Of a stretch of 64,000 nt of DNA, positions 54,735-64,000 are shown piece by piece. The position numbers and the translations under genes are program-made. Origin of the DNA: Sphyrna mokarran (Eukaryota). The DNA lies in contig JAGIQG010000009.1 of assembly GCA_024679065.1 (NCBI GenBank), positions 101,122,001 through 101,186,000 of the forward strand. Reading direction: 5' to 3'. The notes beneath the pieces were generated by a model. That model was not told where the DNA came from and did not search any database. It was given only the letters and a program-made list of their open reading frames with translations. Numbering within the stretch: position 1 is the stretch's first letter; every line of letters begins with the position of its first letter.

Positions 54735-56051
54735 TTGTTTAAGAAGGGGAAGAGAGACCTTCCAGGGAATTATAGGCCAGTGAGTCTTACTTCTGTTGTG
54801 GGCAAGGTATTGGAGAGAATTATTAGGGATAGGATTTATAGTTATTTAGAGAGAAATGAATTGATTGGGAATAGTCAGCATGGTTTCGTGAAGGGTAGGT
54901 CGTGCCTTACTAACCTCATTGAGTTTTTTGAGAAAGTGACCAGAGAGGTGGATGGGGGTAAGGCGGTTGATGTAGTATATATGGACTTTAGGAAGGCGTT
55001 TGATAAGGTGGCCCATGGAAGACTTCTACAGAAAATGCAGATGTGTGGAATAGAGGGTGATTTAGCTAATTGGATTAGGAATTGGCTGGCAGATAGAAGA
55101 CAGAGGGTGGTGGTTGATGGGAGATATTCATCGTGGAGTTCGGTGACGAGTGGTGTGCCTCAGGGGTCTGTTTTGGGGCCCCTGCTGTTTGTAATTTTTA
55201 TAAATGATCTGGATGAGGGTATTGAGGGATGGATCAGTAAATTTGCAGATGATACTAAAGTTGGTGGTGTGGTAGATAGTGAAGAGGGGTGTTATAGTTT
55301 ACAGAGTGACTTGGACAAGTTGCAGAGCTGGGCCGAGAGGTGGCAAATGGAGTTTAATGTGGAAAAGTGTGAGGTAATGCACTTTGGCAGGAACAATAAA
55401 TGTGTAGAGTATAGGGCTAATGGTAGGGCTCTTAATAGTGTTGAGGAACAGAAGGATCTTGGTGTATGTGTCAATAGATCCCTGAAAGTAGGCAGTCAAG
55501 TGGATAAAGTTGTTAAGAAGGCATATGGAGTCTTAGCTTTTATTGGTAGGGGGATTGAATTTAGGAGCTGCAGCATCATGTTGCAACTGTACAAAACTCT
55601 AGTGCGGCCGCACTTGGAGTATTGTGTGCAGTTCTGGTCCCCACATTATAAGAAAGATGTGGAGGCATTGGAGAGGGTACAGAGGAGGTTTACCAGGATG
55701 TTGCCTGGTATGGAGGGCAGGTCCTATGAAGAGAGGTTGAAGGATTTGAGGTTGTTTTCTTTAGAAAGGAGGCGGCTAAGAGGGGATCTTATTGAAGCAT
55801 ATAAGATGATTAGAGGTTTAGATAGGGTGGACAGTGATAGCCTTTTTCCTAGGATGGAGAAAGCTAGCACGAGGGGACACAGCTTTAAATTAAGGGGTAT
55901 GAGTTATAGGACGGATATCAGAGGTAGGTTCTTTACTCAAAGAGTGATTAGGGAGTGGAATGCCCTGCCTGCAGCTGTTGTAGATGCGCCAAGTTTGGTG
56001 GCGTTTAAGAGGTTAATTGATAAGTATATGGAAGAGAAGGGAATGGTTTAG
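54735..56051 (+). CDS. CR1 ORF2 reverse transcriptase (truncated)
   Basis: 438-aa open frame with NYRPVSLTS, QHGF, GVPQGSVLGP and FADD. Confidence 0.9.
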   Translation: MFKKGKRDLPGNYRPVSLTSVVGKVLERIIRDRIYSYLERNELIGNSQHGFVKGRSCLTNLIEFFEKVTREVDGGKAVDVVYMDFRKAFDKVAHGRLLQKMQMCGIEGDLANWIRNWLADRRQRVVVDGRYSSWSSVTSGVPQGSVLGPLLFVIFINDLDEGIEGWISKFADDTKVGGVVDSEEGCYSLQSDLDKLQSWAERWQMEFNVEKCEVMHFGRNNKCVEYRANGRALNSVEEQKDLGVCVNRSLKVGSQVDKVVKKAYGVLAFIGRGIEFRSCSIMLQLYKTLVRPHLEYCVQFWSPHYKKDVEALERVQRRFTRMLPGMEGRSYEERLKDLRLFSLERRRLRGDLIEAYKMIRGLDRVDSDSLFPRMEKASTRGHSFKLRGMSYRTDIRGRFFTQRVIREWNALPAAVVDAPSLVAFKRLIDKYMEEKGMV

Positions 56052-56140
56052 TTTGGAGGGCATTGCTTTTTATTTTGGTCGGCACAACATCGAAGGCCGA
56101 AGGGCCTGTTCTGTGCTGTAATGTTCTATGTTCTATGTTC
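54737..56140 (+). mobile_element. Young 5'-truncated CR1 LINE with intact RT frame
   Basis: ORF 54735-56051 is nearly identical to 28312-29883; (ttctatg)n tail; candidate TSD ctaaaa at 54679-54684 and 56140-56145. Confidence 0.97.
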
Positions 56141-56492
56141 TAAAAGTGGATCACTGAAGTCTTCCAGGCAAAGCCGCCAGACTTTGACTTGCTAGTTATT
56201 GTTTTCCCTCATCATATAGGGTAATAAATCATAGAAAGTGCCTGAGATTCAGAGGAAACATAAACAAAGTTCCAGTTAAAATATTGAAACAACAATAAAA
56301 GGACATCTAGCAGACGGCCCAGCAACAACAGCAAAAAACAAAGCTGTGCAACTGCAGTGAAAAATGTATTTCGTAAACTAACACTGACATCATGCTTCAT
56401 ATAAAATACATGTTCAATATAAAATCCCTGATGGAACTAGATCTTAGACAAAATGGTCATTTTTAAATGTACAATGGGTTTCTGCGGATTAC

Positions 56493-56519
56493 CTGATTCT
56501 TTCTGTCTCAGCTGATCCT
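56493..56519 (-). CDS. Micro-exon E (27 nt, phase 1-1); EDQLRQKES. An alternative upstream acceptor gives a 48-nt in-frame form (56493-56540).
   Basis: cattgtttttaacag|AGGATCAGCTGAGACAGAAAGAATCAG|gtaatc. Confidence 0.72.
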
Positions 56520-57399
56520 CTGTTAAAAACAATGTTATTCCTGAAAGTACTTGCAAGTTCAAAGCAAAACCAATTGCAAAGCAACGGGGAAGCACAACTA
56601 AAAATATTGGAAAAAATAATTAACAAGTATTCGTTTTCATGTTCATTATCCGTTAAACTGTTACTATTGATCTGCCGTGATTTGTTAATTAGCATTATTT
56701 GCGGAAATGTGAAAATAATGTGCTCACCTGTTTCCTTTAGTTTTTTCTCACAATCTTTTAATCCTGTAATAGATGAATGGAATGTTTGGATTGCGGGATT
56801 TCAGTAACCACACCTGTTTTCTATGTGATAGTGTTTTAGCTCTTTTATTTCAAGATTCCATTGTTTTCTTCATTTATATGTCTCACTGCTTGTGCACAAT
56901 ACATCCAATTGTGGAACACGTCAGGATATGATAGCCATGGGATATTGTGCCGTTACCTGCCCCTCTTACATAACATGAGCATTTCGATACTTCAAAAAAA
57001 TTAAGATGTAGAAGAGAAAAAAAATCTTCATCAATGCATTTCACCAATGGTGTGTCCCAAACCCATGAAGTGGTATTTTTATTTGTACAGCAACGATGTG
57101 AATTCGCATGGATTTATCAATGTTCTTTATTAACTAACGCTTTTCTTTGACTTATAGTTTTGTTGGATAATAGTGGCAAGTTGAACACGCCAAATGAAAT
57201 AAGTATTTCTGCAAAAACAAAATCAAGGATGTTTTTGGCATTGTTTTCATTGCCATTGATCTCGCGAATTCCAAATGAAATAAGCCATTTTCTAATGGCG
57301 TTTGAAATTGAAAACAGTTGTCTAATGAAAGTAAATCGCATTTGACGTTCATTACCGAAATACTTCGATAATAAAATTGTATTATATGTGTGATCTTAC

Positions 57400-57423
57400 C
57401 TTTCAATTGTGAAGTTTTTTCCG
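57400..57423 (-). CDS. Micro-exon D (24 nt, phase 1-1); AEKTSQLK
   Basis: tttttctattacgccacttacatcag|CGGAAAAAACTTCACAATTGAAAG|gtaaga. Confidence 0.72.
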
Positions 57424-58059
57424 CTGATGTAAGTGGCGTAATAGAAAAATACGTAAGTACGGAGAAAGTGATTGCTTTGATACATTGAGCCAAAATGTTA
57501 AATGCTGGCTTTTTTTTCTCACATACATCGAAGTCGAATATATTTCCAACAGCCAATCCAAGTAAAAACGTCAATATTCCTCCTGCCAGAAACTCATATG
57601 TTCTCTCCTTTAAGCCTCTGAGGAGAAGGAGATATAATATTGTCAGGTTCATGTATCTTGTGGTTCTGTTTTTACAATCACGTTGATACAATCTATTTTT
57701 TCGTGATTTTGTGAAATATTATAACCTTACGCACTTAGCGAGTGGCGACATTGAAGAAAACGATTTGGTTAAAATTAGTTATTTTTACATAAATCGACAG
57801 CATAGAAGGGGGAAATAAGGGACACCAATCTTAAAGCCTGAGTTTAAGACATAGTCAATGATTATCAACCATACCATCATCAAACTATGTTATCTATATC
57901 GAGATACAATCTTATTGGATGTTTCATCTCTTTGCTGCTCCTAACCAAATTTATCATATGTCTACATGAATCACCTAAAGAACGGGCAACTATATAAAAA
58001 CTTTACTGATGCATTGATCTGAATTAATTCATGTGACTTACATATCGCTAGGTATGTCA

Positions 58060-58360
58060 GCATGTGTTGTCCGCTGCCAATGCTCCTTGAAGTAAATGGC
58101 GTGCATGGGCATTTCACAGTTTATTTAAATTGCACATTTAACCCAGAGTAGATAAGGCCAGTTTTGTTTCCTACCGAACATTATTGAATCAGGTGGATGT
58201 TTAGACAAATAAAAAAAAAGTTACAGTTAACATTAAGCTTTTATTTCTATTGTTTTACTCAATTCAAATTTCACCAAGTGTTCTTTTGGTTTCGAACATG
58301 TGCTCCCAGATTATTCTCCTGGGTTTCTGGATTTCCAATCCCCTAAATCACGCGCTGCTA
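58060..58360 (+). mobile_element. DeuSINE/SacSINE1-like remnant
   Basis: agagtagataaggccagttttgtttcctaccgaacattattgaatcaggtggatgttttagacaa...aattcaaatttcacca...ttcgaac...cccagatta resembles the Deu domain and tail. Confidence 0.6.
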
Positions 58361-58716
58361 CAGTTCGAATAGGTAAGGAAATCCACTACGGAAAGATAGG
58401 ATATAAAACAAGTTAGTAGATTTTTTTTCCCTGCAATAACATAAACAAAATTTCGTTCCACACAAAATGACAGCGTGTTTAAAATTTTAACATCTCCAAA
58501 AATAATACTTATGTCGAAACACTTTTTTGGGAGTGTACTTTCCTGTCAAGGGATTCTGAATTAATAAATACTGATACTTTGCACACTGCTTGTTCTAGCA
58601 CAAACAACTCTTTTAGTTCGTGTCAACAAAATATCTTGTCTGCTCCGGATCGTTCAAGAATAATTAACAAGTCTTATTCTGATCAGTACATCTTGAAATT
58701 GTAATTGAGGTCTTAC

Positions 58717-58743
58717 CAAGTAGTAGTCGAAGATTGTCATTTT
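58717..58743 (-). CDS. Micro-exon C (27 nt, phase 1-1); ENDNLRLLL
   Basis: atttcattatatgatag|AAAATGACAATCTTCGACTACTACTTG|gtaaga. Continues the heptad pattern from exon B. Confidence 0.75.
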
Positions 58744-58893
58744 CTATCATATAATGAAATATAACAATTCAAACAATGCACAGCCGAAAAAATGCTGACT
58801 GCATAATTTATTTATGTATTACTTCCAACATTTTTTTTTTCTCTCCGTAAGTTTTATTATATATCTAGACGTTTTCAGGAACTATGTTATCTA

Positions 58894-59198
58894 GAGCGTG
58901 ACGGTGGCACAGTGGTAATGCTGATGCCTCATAGCGCCAGGGACCTAGGTTCAATTCCAGCCTCGGGTCACTCTTTATATGGACCCTGAACGTTCTGCCC
59001 GTGTCCGCTTTCTTCCCACAGTCCAAAGATATGCTGGTTAGTTTGATGTCCATGATAAATTAAATTTAGTAGCGGGGGAGCAAGGGATTGGCAGAGTAGA
59101 TATTTCAGATCATGGTGATAGGTCGTGGGAGTGGTTTTGGCCATTGCAGACCCGATGGCCCATATTGTTTCCTTCTGCAGTGTAGGGATTCTATGATA
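58894..59198 (+). mobile_element. HE1-like tRNA-derived SINE
   Basis: cggtggcacagtggt...gcctcatagcgccagggacctaggttcaattcc (A and B boxes)...cccacagtccaaagat...ctgcagtgtagggattctatga. Confidence 0.9.
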
Positions 59199-59289
59199 CA
59201 ATGAACCTTGAATTTGGAAGTATAGGGAAATAAGACATAAAACTGTTGTCGGCAGTTTCTGAACTCTTTACAAGTAACCTAAAAGATTA

Positions 59290-59785
59290 TGTCTGTGTAA
59301 GGATGTGCTGGCCTTGGAAAGGATCCAGAGGTGGTTCACAATAATGATTCTTGGAATGAAGAACTTGTCATATGAGAAACGCCTCTGTATTTGATGGAAC
59401 TTAGAAGGATGGGGCGGGGGGTGGGCAGGATTTTATTGAAGCTTACAGAATAGTGTGAGGCCTGGATAGAGAGGACGTGGACAGAATGTTAACACTAATA
59501 TGATAAACTAGAAGCTGAGGCTAATCTCGGGCTAAAGGAACGATCTTTTAGAATAGGGATGAGAAGTGATTTCTTCAGCCATCGTGTGGTGAATCTGTGG
59601 AACTCTGCCACAAAAGGCTATGGAGGCTAGGTCTCTGAGTTAAGTAGGTTCTTGATTACAAGTGGACGAAGGATGTTTGGGAAATGACAGGAGAATGGGG
59701 ATGAGAAGGTATCAGCCATGATTGAATGCCCGATCAGACTCGATTGTCCGGGTGGAATAATTCTGCTCCTATGCCTTATGGCCTA
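59290..59785 (+). mobile_element. Old CR1 3' fragment
   Basis: aaggatgtgctggccttgga...ttcttcagcc...gtggtgaatctgtggaactc...tcagccatgattgaatg...ttctgctcctatg. Confidence 0.88.
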
Positions 59786-59838
59786 ATCAAATAGAAATAA
59801 AATGACAATCCAAAAATGCAGAAAGCTTAATCCATTAC

Positions 59839-59856
59839 CTCGTTTCAGCTGTTTTG
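59839..59856 (-). CDS. Micro-exon B (18 nt, phase 1-1); AKQLKR
   Basis: catttccttcatttcag|CAAAACAGCTGAAACGAG|gtaatg. Confidence 0.75.
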
Positions 59857-60559
59857 CTGAAATGAAGGAAATGCTCCATTAGTAAAGCACAATTTATCTT
59901 TTCTTCCCCTATCATTGATGGTGAACTAACATTGACAGGTTTACAACATTATCTATCGAGCGCAGTTGACTGCTGTCTCTGAACCACTGAACTGAACAAC
60001 AACATTGACCGCTATCACGCCACTGTTCTGCATCATTTTGCGTAATGGTTCTCTCTTCAAAAATGATAACGTTTGAGTTTGCGGACTAGGACCAGGCGAA
60101 AGAGACGTATTTTCTCAATTATTCGATTAAAGAAGCTGCACAATTATTTTAGAATCCTTGCAATCATCTCGCTGTGATATCAATATCGTTGAGCTGAGTA
60201 GTCGGAGAATATGTGCTGTTTAGATTCATTGTCTGTACTTTTCAAAGAGCTTCAAATTTAGAAGTACTTTCATATGCAGATGTTTTCACATTATTTTATG
60301 CCTTGTCATTGCATGTTATCATGAGTACCAATACTTCAGAGCTCGATTTCCCAATCAGCTAATCCTTCTTCTCCAATCAGACCAGTCATTCTTCATTTAA
60401 GTAATCTGGTACTTGATTGTCGACTGTGTTTTCATGCAACTATTGTTAATTTAATGAAATTTTGAACTGTGTTACCAAATTCCTGCAAGCAAACATCCTA
60501 ATTTTCCCCCGAAGATAAAAGTGCCACTTTTTTTCCACTGTCGTCAAGAACACAGGAAT

Positions 60560-61490
60560 CGACACATGTGTCATAGAGCCAAAGAATCAGTCAGTTTTAC
60601 AGCAATAAATGATGTCAGTACCCTCTTGCTCACTGTGTCGGGCATCAAATATGTATCAAGTCTAATCCTATGTTCCAGCAGGTAGTCCGTAGTCTTGTAA
60701 GATATGGGTTTCAAATGCTCATCTAAATGCTTCCTAAACATTTTGTAGATAATGCCTCCACCATCTAATCAGACCACACTCTCCGTCAAAATGGTTTTCG
60801 TCAGTTATCACATAAAACTCATGTTCCTTATTTTCGTTTAATTGTTCGGCACCCAAGGTCTCTTTAGTCCCGTGTGCTGGCCATTATACAGCAGTTAATT
60901 GTCTTTCCATCACTTCATAATCCTTTCAATGTACATGTCATTACCTTTCTAAATTGATTTCCATTTGCCACTATTTTGTTCATCTGAAGAGATAGTGTAT
61001 ATCGTCCCATAATCTGATGTTTTCCTCTGTGCTATTTAACACATAAAAATAATTTGTGTCATCTGCTGCAAACTTACTGATCATCTTGGGATCTCATTTT
61101 ACTTTGCCAGTCAATGTTTTACATACTCCTGTTGACTCTCATAATTTATTTTAATGTTCCTCTCTCCTCCCAACTCACCCCTCACATTTTCTATACTCCT
61201 TTAGGAGATCTGTTTTGAGCGCTCTGAATCTCTCAGAACCCTTCCTTTTTTGTGTCATCAGTGCTGAATATCTGTTGACTTCCCAGGTTCTCCGAACGAG
61301 TTGGTCTCACTCTTTACCGTCAAGAAATGTTCTGGCATTCAAATGGGAAAGTCAAATACTTCCCATTTGAATGACACCCACTGCTGAGGATTTATTACAC
61401 TTTTACTACATTTATGTGTAGTAAATTATGCTACATGTTGCTGCTTCCAGTCCCTTTTCCTCAGCTTCTGTCTTATCCTATTAAAATTGG
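60560..61490 (-). mobile_element. Highly decayed CR1
   Basis: gtcatagag...atctaaatgcttcctaaac...ttccatttgcca...tttgtgtcatctgc...aaactt. Confidence 0.55.
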
Positions 61491-61536
61491 ATGAATTGAA
61501 TGCGTGATTAAGTACAGTTTATTTGAATATATTTAC

Positions 61537-61560
61537 CAGTATCATTCGAAGGAGTTTTTG
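61537..61560 (-). CDS. Micro-exon A (24 nt, phase 1-1) of unidentified coiled-coil micro-exon gene; (x)KTPSNDT
   Basis: Minus strand: atttctttttcccacaaacag|CAAAAACTCCTTCGAATGATACTG|gtaaat. Good pyrimidine tract, length 3n, no stop in phase 1. Confidence 0.7.
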
Positions 61561-61639
61561 CTGTTTGTGGGAAAAAGAAATCAAATATTTGTTAAAATAT
61601 AAACACTTGGAATATGTGATTATGCAATGAGTCGGGCGA

Positions 61640-61890
61640 CTCACATTGTGTTAACAATACGATATATTTTACGTACACAAAGATGTACATGTCAGCTGGA
61701 TCGGTAATGCTACATTGGTCTTTCGTATCGCAAGGTGTGTAGGTTAGGGATTTAATAGGGTTAATCCGTCGGGGTATGAGGATGGAAACACGGTGATATG
61801 CTCTGCCAGCTAGTGGCTGCACATTCTATGGACCTTCATCTCTTCATCAGGGCAGGTATTACGTGAGTCTATGATAATGTGGTTCTATGA
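61640..61890 (+). mobile_element. Decayed tRNA SINE 3' half
   Basis: aaagatgtac...ggatcggtaatgcta...ggttagggat...ggggtatgaggat...ctatga. Confidence 0.55.
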
Positions 61891-62829
61891 TTGTTTGATT
61901 CTGCGAATTCTGATGCAAGATGGACAATGCACAAAGCATTTCATGGAAAACTGAGACTTTTTCTTCGTTATAAACATGTTATTGTTACAACGGAGAAAAA
62001 GTTGGAATGGCCAAAATAGCCATTTTTGAATTACGTTTTTTGTGAGAGATGGACTTAGAGCACCAATCTTCCTGTATAGTTTAATATTTCATTGCCACGT
62101 ACAGTAAGATATGGACAGTGACATGCAGAATTTCCCAGATAACGTTAGCAGAATGCATTTGAGCCGGTAACGGAAGATCGGGCATCGTTTTCCAACATTG
62201 TTGCCGACTTAGTCAGTTGAAACGTGCATCCCGATTTACAAACCAGGATCAGATAAGTGGCTTGGCGTTTAGAGAAATGTTGCCTCATTTCTTGGCTTGT
62301 TTTTTAGAGATTTGTTGGCTCACTCGGCTGGCCTGGGAGAGGGGAGGGGAGGGTTGTGGAGGGAGGGGGGGGGGGATACTCAGTGCACGGTGAGGATGCT
62401 TTGGACAGCAGCGAAGAGGCACGAGAGAAGGCCGCATGGTAAGATATGGGTTTATCAGTGGAGGGATAGTGGTTAAATTGAAAAGGCACTTAGTGGAGGT
62501 CAGTGAATGGAGTTCAGAGGTTCAGTAAAGTGTCGGGTGGGAGTCAGGTGTTTGCTCGGTGAAGATCTATTGTGTGATAAGGGGAAGGTTGATCATTCCT
62601 TTACAGCAGGGTAATCACAGTATTTTTTTCCATTGGTTTTTCTGTGGAAATTCGCGAATCGGTTGAGCAATGTTCCATTGGGTGCTTCAGTGATCAGTGG
62701 TGAAGTACATGAACCATGGGATTGTGGTGTCGCCAGTGAGTTGTTGGGGTGAAAAAGTAGTCAAAGAGTTGTGAGTGTGGAGAATTCCAAAGTGCATTAG
62801 ATAGGATTTGGAAAATAGTTATTGGTTGG

Positions 62830-63030
62830 GCGAGAAGATAAGACAGACATAGGCTCTGACAGGCAGACATGTAGACAGAAACACCAAAGAACCACAGAGA
62901 GGTAGGCAGACAGATGGGTAAATAAATAGTTTGGTCGATAGATTGATAGTGCAATGAGTCTGTCGGCAAATAGTTAGGAACGTGCATACATAGATGGACA
63001 CTTGAAAACTTTGGTAGATAAATCGAAAAT
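62830..63030. repeat. Degenerate (GACA/GATA/GGTA)n simple repeat
   Basis: agacagacatagg...gacaggcagac...gtaggcagacagatgggta...gatagattgatag. Confidence 0.6.
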
Positions 63031-64000
63031 GATAGCTATTGGATTGTCATTATTAACTTCATTAATATGGCTTATGGAAAGCAATGAAACAAATAGAAAA
63101 CATTGTTGATGATCCTTTTGTAGCGAAGTGTACTCAGAATACATGATTACAATTTATGCTTCTTGAATGCCCTTCCCGTCACGTGGAAACTAACCAATAT
63201 GAAACATGACACTTGCAATTGCCAAAATATTGAACATGCTACTTGTTAATTTTCATTTTTGTTGGAGAAAGCCGTGTGGAAGTGGATTTCCCTTTTTATC
63301 ATTCATGCTAGTGTGGCATCTACAGTATCAATTCGTAAACTTATACATCTTCAGAAGATTGTTGCTGGGACATTATATGATTTGAAACGTTTAAGAAATA
63401 AGTCGTCCCAAGTAAATTTTACTTGTCTGATAAATAAAGAGATATTCATTTTGTCCTGAGCAGCACTTCACATTAACTAGACATTTTTGTTAGCTGTGGG
63501 CTATCCTGTGATGAAATTTTGGTGAACTTTGATTGTGTATTGGCTGGACTACGAAAGATTCTGAGGTTATTTGACAGAAACGTTTCACAGTGTGAGAAGT
63601 ATCACAAGCCTATATGTGGGTAGGGCGCCATTTCAAAGGAGTAAATTCAGGGTACATCAGAAAGGGCAGATATATTTCGACCAAATATACTGCCCTTCTT
63701 TGGGGATCTGTGAAGTCTGTGAAATTCCTACTCTCCAAGATGACCAGTTCAGCTGGATATTTTCTCCCGTTGCAAATATTTTGAAATCTGGTTTCCAAAC
63801 GTAGTTTTACAATTGGATCTGTGGCGGAACATGTGCAGAGAATGCATCATGGGCAGTGATGTGGTAACATTGCAAGCAAATTTATCACTGCCAAACAGAA
63901 TAAACGCGTGATGCGGTATTGTCTCGCAGGTCTATCACCCCATTTAAGGGGTTTTGCAGTGTTAATGTAGAGAAATTGTACAAGTTTGTGCAGAGGCAAT

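Noticed and set aside
57152-57691. 179-aa ORF as a single-exon gene
   Set aside because: No domain and intron-like composition; it simply reads through micro-exon D and its flanks.
58894-58965. tRNA gene
   Set aside because: The A/B boxes are the head of a SINE; there is no cloverleaf and the sequence continues into SINE body.
1-64000. CRISPR arrays, operons or other prokaryotic systems
   Set aside because: Eukaryotic intronic DNA; no regularly spaced repeats or gene-dense regions.

Overview
AT-rich vertebrate genomic DNA, most likely from a cartilaginous fish (CR1 LINEs with (TTCTATG)n tails, HE1-like tRNA SINEs, a DeuSINE-like remnant, Harbinger and Gypsy remnants). The only long ORFs in the track are CR1 reverse transcriptases. 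Reading the minus strand by eye shows what the ORF track cannot: a chain of at least 13 micro-exons (12-36 nt) spread over about 55 kb. Each has AG/GT ends and a length divisible by 3, and each is stop-free when read as a symmetric phase-1 exon. Spliced in genomic order they give about 109 codons of heptad-rich, coiled-coil-like sequence (xKTPSNDT|AKQLKR|ENDNLRLLL|AEKTSQLK|EDQLRQKES|DGILVQKK|EIDDMENALKVL|EQQLVAKSE|VSELWA|EIRKLQNEI|VDRFKTTKD|DIDNILNKLGMH|SVTK). The window therefore looks like the interior of a large, unidentified micro-exon gene whose start lies beyond the right edge. Other notable structures: an inverted templated insertion with a 34-bp target duplication that brackets two of the micro-exons, a long intronic inverted repeat, and a double fold-back at a young CR1 5' junction. 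Repeat boundaries are approximate and family calls come from remembered motifs, not database searches.
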